Source: an uncultured virus (IMG/VR IMGVR_UViG_3300035698_005334) (Duplodnaviria; Heunggongvirae; Uroviricota; Caudoviricetes). Taken from it: a DNA stretch of 20,000 nt. Where the stretch lies: the IMG/VR virus record IMGVR_UViG_3300035698_005334, one strand, 5' to 3'. How positions within the stretch are numbered: the first letter of the stretch is position 1; every line of letters starts with the position of its first letter. Made by a program: the position numbers and the translations under genes. Positions 1 to 7,400 of this stretch are shown here, piece by piece. A model generated the notes under the pieces. The model made no database searches. It was given only the letters and a program-made list of their open reading frames with translations, and was not told the origin of the DNA.

Positions 1-1400
1 TTCCGATGCAGCCCCGATCTTGTGCCAAAACCGCCAGATCTTATGGCCCGTGTTCAGGAGCCCCATCTTGGAATCGCCACGTAACTTTTCGTCAAGTTGT
101 TTGCGGACACTTCCCGGCGTGATGTCGTAGAACCCGCCTGATCCACCACCGGCAGACATGATCGAGGTCAGAGACGCGGATCCCATGATGGCCTTCTTGA
201 AGCCCTTCACGGTGTCGACGCCGGGAATGAGACCCTTTTGGCCGGAAACAACCCATGCCGACATCGTGTCACGCAACACGTTCGCAACCATAAAAGCAGG
301 ATCCAGCGTGACGGACTCGGTCAGAACCCGTTTCGCCATACGGAACGCGACCATGATCCCGCCTAGCTGCGACTGGTGCAGCGAGGTAAGCGATCGCAGG
401 AGCATCGGATCCGTGACGCGCCGGTAGAGAATCTTCCCCTCGCGCATGACGCTGACCACGTCCGGGCCCGTAGGCGCGGCGATCTGCATCATTTGAACCA
501 AGGAATTCATCTCGACATCGGAAAGGTCCAAATCGTCGGGATCGATCTCCATCCACTCAGCGATCTTCTCCTTGATCTGAGCGGGAGGAATGAGGGCAGG
601 CTTATAGGCGCGGCCGAGTTTCTCCATAACGCCAGCATCGAGGGCGAGCGCCTCAACCTTCTGCATCGCCATGTTCTTCATGGAAGCGTCGACTAGGTGC
701 GTCATGTTGAGGATCATGTTCTCCAACACGTCGTTGACCTTCTCGTCGCGGCCGGTGAGGTATTGAACGCCGCTGCGCTGCCCTTCGACGCCACCGGATT
801 GACCCGTGTTCGGGCTTTGGGTGTCGTCTTCCAACAGACGATAGAACGGCACGTAGTCGGCGTGCTCCCACACCGCGCGCTGTTCCTTGTTGATGACCCC
901 GGACTGTTCGGCCATGTCGAGCATGGCGCGGTTGAACTCCATCCAGCGGTCGAGGACTTGCTGAAACTCAGGGTATTGATCGCCAAGCTTCAGAAGCTCA
1001 TCGATCTGTTCTTGGCTCATACGGTTCTCTCGCGACTTACCGTCCCGTCCCGTCTCACCCTTCAGCCGGTTCGCGCGGTTTGCTATAGCCCAGCCCTTCC
1101 ATAGGTGCAGAGTGCCAGCTTTAGCGAGATCCATGAAGATCGCCTCGAACCCACCTTCGAACCCTTTGCGCGTCTTGAACCACTTGTCGCCCTGGTCGTT
1201 GGTGTAGACCTCCAATGGCCCTTCACGCAGAACCGAAGCCATGACGCTGTGAATGTTGGTCGTCATGCGAACCGCTTTGTACGCGGACGCCATAGCGTCT
1301 GGAATCGAACCCAGAGAGTTTAGCTCCAACTGCTTCACGGCATCCCACTGATCGAGGAACCCTTGCCGCATACTGGCTACACCGCGTTTCTTCCACCAAT
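1..1400 (-). other. C-terminal helical region of the giant protein, resembling the region preceding LPD38 in large polyvalent/internal virion proteins
   Basis: Translation includes SAYKAVRM, WEHADYVPFYR, ENMILN and DPAFMVANVLRDT, which I recall from such proteins. Any LPD38 domain would lie beyond the window. Confidence 0.6.
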
Positions 1401-4400
1401 CGACCGCGCGCCGGACCTGCTCGAAGAAACCCGTTTCCTTCTGACCCATGCCGTGTTCCATCGCGGCTTCCTGGGTGTCTGTACCGCGGACTCTGTGATC
1501 GCTGTCCATCTTCGCAACGCTCGCCATCATCGAGCCAATGGAATAGGAATCGCGTCCTCCTCCCTCGATGTCCGATGGTGTGCGCTGGCTGACCTCACCG
1601 CTCTCGACACTGAGGAACACGTCCTCATAGGTCTGGAACCCAAGGCCGTGCATCATGTTCGCCACCCGGTTTAGGAACTGTGTCGCCTTCTTGAACATGC
1701 GCGTGATGACGGGAAGGCGCTTGCGCGTCTCTCCGCGACGGAACGCCCCGAACTCATAGGCCGTCGCCTCTTCAAGATCCTCAACGCCCCAGTGCTCTTT
1801 CCACGCCCCGGCCTCACGTTCCAGAAGCGCCCATTCCTGGGGAGTGAAGAACTTGCGCAAAGCGTGAATGATCTCGTGCCGAACACTCTCGACAGGATCG
1901 TCAGCCCGCATGGCAACACGGATGATGTCGGATTCGTAGAGGTACTGACCGGCGATCTCAGCCCTGTCCCCGGTTTCCATCCCAGACCGGACGAGGGACT
2001 CGCCTTCACCGAACAGGCGATCCTTGATTTCGAGGGTCGTACCTTCCGGTGCCATCGTTTCGAATATTTCGTTTACGCGATCGCGGATGTCCGGCCATGA
2101 CGCTTCTGCGGCAGGCGTAAGCCCGGTTCCGGTGCTGTACGACATAGCCAGACGCCAAGCATTGTCGGGATCCACATCGGTTCCCAGGAGAGCGTCTTGC
2201 CACGGGGTTTCTACTGCGGCCGCGCCCTTCTCAAGTTCCTCTTCAAGCGTCCAGACCTTGTTGCGAAGCTCCGCGAGTTCGGCATCGCCTTCGAACTTCT
2301 TGTCGAGGAGCGGCTCGAACTGTTCGACCTCATTCTTATACTGTTCGCGATCCTCAATACTGTCAGCCAATTCCTCCGGCAACCTTGAAACGATGTTCTC
2401 AAGCTTCTGCGTGATCCCCAACGCGGAGGAGCTGTCAGCATCCGAGCTTCTGTCGTCGTTGCGTATGATGGTCGCCCATCCTTCAAACGTGGTCGTTTTT
2501 TTGCCGAACTCTTTATACTCCCGAGTGTTGATCGCAAGGGGGAAACCGCCGATCTCACCGACGACTTGGTCATCTACGACCTGCTTGAGATCGATCACGC
2601 GCAAGATCTCACCCAACAGGCGTTCGCCGAACTTCACACGCTCATCGTAGGCGGCTCCCTGGATTTTGCCCGTAAAGGCGGCTCCTGCGGTATCCACCGA
2701 CTGCTCGATATCCTTCTCGATCTTGGGAATCGTCTCGTCATACCTGACGATAGCGCGATGCGCCCGTGAGACCCGGTCTTGGATCCCGTGCTGCTGGCGC
2801 GCGAAAGCAGACTTCCGACGTTCGGCCTTTTCGAGATCCTGTTGAGCCTCAGTCAGGATCATCACCCGTTCGTCAGACGTCGAAAGCGCCTTCGCCTGCT
2901 GGTACTGTCCAGCCTCGCCAAGGTCTTCCATGTTCCGCATTTCAGGATCGCCTTCAAAGAACTGCTGAATGAAGCGAGCCTTCTTCTCCATCAAATGCCA
3001 CATCTGGGAATCGTATGTGCCCTTGGTGGAGTAATCCCGAATGCGAATGAAGGGGTTCATGTTGCCTTGTCGGAGCGAACGGCCGTTTCTCTGTTCGTCT
3101 TCGGCCGGGAACCACAGTGGATCAAGATTGTGGCTCGCATACAGTCGTCGCTGTGCGTTGACGCCTGTCGCCATGGACATGCTTCCGATGAGAACACGCT
3201 TGGTCCCCTCGTTCATATCGTTGAACAAGCGCTGCTTATCGACCGCGCGTTTATAGTCCCCGAATAGGGCGATCTCCGACTTGGGCACACCGCGTCGGTG
3301 CAGTTCAGCCGCGATGTACTTGTGCGTGGAGAATTCTTTCCCGTGGATCCCCAGCCCGGAGAAAACCATTTGAGTGGCGGGCCCGACGTCTACCGGATCT
3401 ACGCTGTACCCATCAGGACCGGCTTCATGGAATGGCTGTAGCTTGGTTGACTCCCAGATTTCGAATACGGAGTCGACCAGCATGTTCAGCTTGGAGTCAG
3501 GATCGCCCTTCAGCTTCGCATCAACGAGGCGCATGTCGATCGCTGATTTGCGACCGTCCCCGATGACCGACAGGATGATGTCCTCGCCCTTTGCGGCAGG
3601 ACGTCCCCGGTTCTCGATAGCCAACATCCGGTTGCCGAGCGTCTCTTGGTACGCCTTTATAGCCGGGGTGCTCGGGGCGATGACCATCTCGCGCTTCCCG
3701 CCTTCCAGTTCCGGCCGAGTCACGTATTGACCAAGCTGCTTACTGGTGACGACATCCATGGTCTGCCGCACGATCAACGACAGTTCCGGCATATTCACGA
3801 ACTGACCGAACCGTGTTACCGATTTGTATCCGCCCGCTGGGTTTTGCTCCAACTCAGTGACGGTGTCCCCGAACGATGCTGCCCATGCGTCAAAGGACTC
3901 AATGCCATTCTCGCGCAGCATCGGGGTGTCCATGTATCGAGACACGCTGAAAAGCTCGGCCATGGTGTTGGTGACGGCTGTACCAGACGCGAACACTAGG
4001 TTGCGACGAGGCTTGATCGTTTCCAGATACCGGGTTTTCACGTACAGATCCCACGATGCCTGTGAGCCATTAGAGTCGATACCCTTGATGTTCTGCATGG
4101 TGGTGGCGAAATCCAGCTTACGGAACAGGTGCGCCTCATCGACGAACAGGAAGTCGACGCCCATTTCTTCGAAGGTGAACACGCCGTCGCCCTTGGATGC
4201 GCCACCGCCCTTCAATTGCTGCTCAAACTTCTCGATGCGGTTCTCGACCTGCTTGCGAGTGTATCTATTGTCCTCGTCGTCGGGGATCATCGCCAGAACC
4301 TCGCGGTACTCCGCGATCTGTTCTTTGATGAATTCACCCTCGAAAGACCCGGAGATCGGGATCTGCTTGAACGACGAGTGCGTGATGATGACCGCGTCGA

Positions 4401-7400
4401 GGTCAGACAGGGCAGCATTCGCCATGAATTGACGGCGTCGGCTGGTGTGGAACGCCCGATCGTCAGCAACCGCAATGCGGGCCGTCGGGTACTGTTCGTA
4501 GAACTCCTTGGTGAACTGGCCGAGCATATGGTTCGGAACCGCATACATCGGCTTGTTGACCAGCCCAAGGCGCTTCATCTCCATGCCCGCGCCGATCATG
4601 GCCGACGTCTTACCGGCACCGACAGCGTGGGCCATATAGGTGTTGCCGGATTGGATGATGCGAGCAACTACGCTCGTTTGGTGCGGACGCCATGACCACT
4701 CACGGGAGATCCCCGGCGTGGTAAGGTAGTCGCCGCTGTATTCACGGACAACGAGACTATTGAACTTCTCATTGTACGATTCGGCCAGTTCTAAGCGGCG
4801 CGCGTCATCTTCCCATATCCACTCGCGAAACTTAATCTTGATCTCCGCCAGCTTGTCTTGCGCTGCCTGTGTCAGTTCAGGGTTGAGGACGGGCTTTAAC
4901 TTCCCGTTCTCGCCCATCACCTGATCGAATATCTTCGGGTCTTTCCGGTTCGCCGCGAACTGCATCAGCTTCGTGGCGGGCATATGCTTCGTGCCCCAGG
5001 TATCGACAGCCGCCACCGACTTCATGTCGCCGGAAATGAACCATTGCCCTATTTTGGACTGATACTTGGCACGAACCGTGTCTAGTCCGAGAGCCTCAGT
5101 GCCGAACTGTTGCACGACGCTCTCGGGGATCCACGGCATACCGATGCTCGCCGCTATGTCGGTGTACGGGAGCGGGATCGGCTGCGAGTCTTCAAGGGCA
5201 GAGACGTTCCGTTTAATAGCCGGGTTACGATCCGCCTCGGCCGTGGCGATACGGAGCTTCTTGCGGACGTTGCCTGATAGATACTCTTCGGCAGTGACCC
5301 ATTCCTTCGAGGACGGGTCCATGTAGATTTTCTCGCCCAGTTCGGCGGTGACGGCATCTTCACTCTTCTTCGCCATCGCCGCGACTTCGGAGAGGATAAA
5401 GCGGCCCTGAGTGTTCATGACGTGCATGACAGCATCGCCAACCGAATCAATCTGCGGCTCGGGATCCCGCGATACCACGTTCTCGGTAAACACGAGGGAT
5501 TTCTTGGCTTCGTCCGTTACGGAGTCGTAATGTTCCACGGCCCTGATCCGGTAACTCTCCGGGTCATCCATGAACGCATCGATGTTCGGACGCTTGACGA
5601 CAACCTTGTCCGACATCCCTTCGCTATCAAAGGTGCCTTCGCTCCACGTCTCGGTGCCAGTGTGGTTCTCGCGGGCGTCTTTGCGCATTCGCGCCATCTG
5701 CGCCATCGTCGGGCGCTTCTGTAAGTTATCTTCGGCCAACTGCACGATGTCGATCGCGTTGAACGTGCCCTCGTCGAACGGTGTCCCTGCATACCGCGCC
5801 TCTTCCCGTGCTTCGGCGCGAGCGACTTCCTGCTCAACGATGCTCGGGCGACGGAACGAACGGACCTCGGTATTGATGGGCCCATTGTCAGCGATGTAGG
5901 CGTCGTACTCTTCGTTCAACCGCTTGCGGGCCTTGGAGGCGTTCTCGCCGTCCTCTGCAAGATCCGCCTCATAGACAGCACGTAACGAGTCCCTGATGGG
6001 GATAAGGCTCTTGATGACCTCGATATCCTTGGCCGTCTTCCCGCCCTTAACGCCCTTCCCGCGCTTCGGAACCTCACGTCCGATACCCTCGTTCATTTGC
6101 AAGAGATTGCCATCGCGGCCGACGTAGAAAGAACCTTCCTTGCGCTCGCTCGTTCCAAAGTCTGCAACTGCGGTATCGTGCGGGTTTAAGCGCTCTGACA
6201 TGACGTTCTGGGGAAGGCTGTCTATCGCGACAGCAAGCGGCTTGGTGTAGCTAAACTTCTCCGTCCAGCGCACACCGTACCGGCCAGGGTACAGACGGTC
6301 GAAGAAGCCCTCTTCACCGATCACGAGGGATGGATTGTCAGAGAACCACTTACTGACCTGCCCTTTTGTGGGAACACCCTCTTTGTTGGGAAGGGTTCGT
6401 TCGACGGTGCCTACCCACTGTTCCGGCAGAGCGATCCCGTCAACGGCGCTCAACTCTTCACCCTCGACCTTTTTACGAAGGAAGATAATGTCGGTCGTTA
6501 CGGCCGTTCCCGCATTCTTCTCGAAGGCGTTGCCCGGCAGTCGGATGGATCCCGCGAGATCAGCCCGTTCCGCAAGGTACTCCCGAGCATCCGTGCTGAT
6601 CTTGTTCATGGTCCCGGCAGACGTAATGAACGCCAGAAGACCGCCCGGCCTTACCGAGTCCAGGGATTTGGCGAAGAAATAGTCGTGCAGCATGAAGCCG
6701 CGCGCCGCATATTTGGGATCAGATTTTATCACGGTGTCGGAGAATGGCGGGTTGCCGATGACGAGGTCGTATTGATTCTCAGGCAACGGCGCTTCTGTGA
6801 AGTCATCGCGGCGCACACCGGAGTTGGGATACAGCAATCGAGCAATGCGGGCCGTCATGTGATCCAGTTCCAGGCCGCTGTAATCGATGTTCACACCATC
6901 CGGGGCCATCCCGAGGAAGTTGCCAATGCCCATGCCGGGCTCGAATACTTGCCCACCCTTGAAGCCCATACGCTCGACGCCGGTCCACATGGAGCGAACG
7001 ATCGCCTCGCTGGTGTAGTGCGCGTACTGGATGGATCGACGGGCCGTCGCGTATTCGGTATCGGTCAGCAGATCCCGAAGCTCTGTCCCGATGTCGTCGA
7101 ACCCCTTGCCAAACTCTCCCTTGTCGTTGGGGAACGCATTGGCAATGCCACCCCAGCCGACATACTTGGCAATCCGGCTCTGCTCGCCCTTCGTCGCGGG
7201 ACGTCCTTCGGCCTCGATCTCACGCACAAGGCGGATAGCTGACAGATTATCGCGGGCCTTCGTCTTCCAACCGCGTGTCTCGTCCAGGGATCCCGGCTCG
7301 ATGCGGTGGTTCTCTCCTGCTACAAGGCTGTCGTCATCTCGGGAAACTCCATCATCTGCGCCCAGACCACTTCCTTCGCCTCCCTCTCCTGGGCCATCGT

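Noticed and set aside
2211..2573. 120-aa alternate-frame minus ORF (likewise 714..986, 4287..4568, 5517..5885)
   Set aside because: Typical frameshifted Ser/Arg/Thr composition over conserved domains; no RBS noticed.
2880..7260. MTase-helicase read as a host restriction-modification or defence system
   Set aside because: No nuclease motif recognised; it is fused into a gene in a virion operon, which fits a DarB-like role better.
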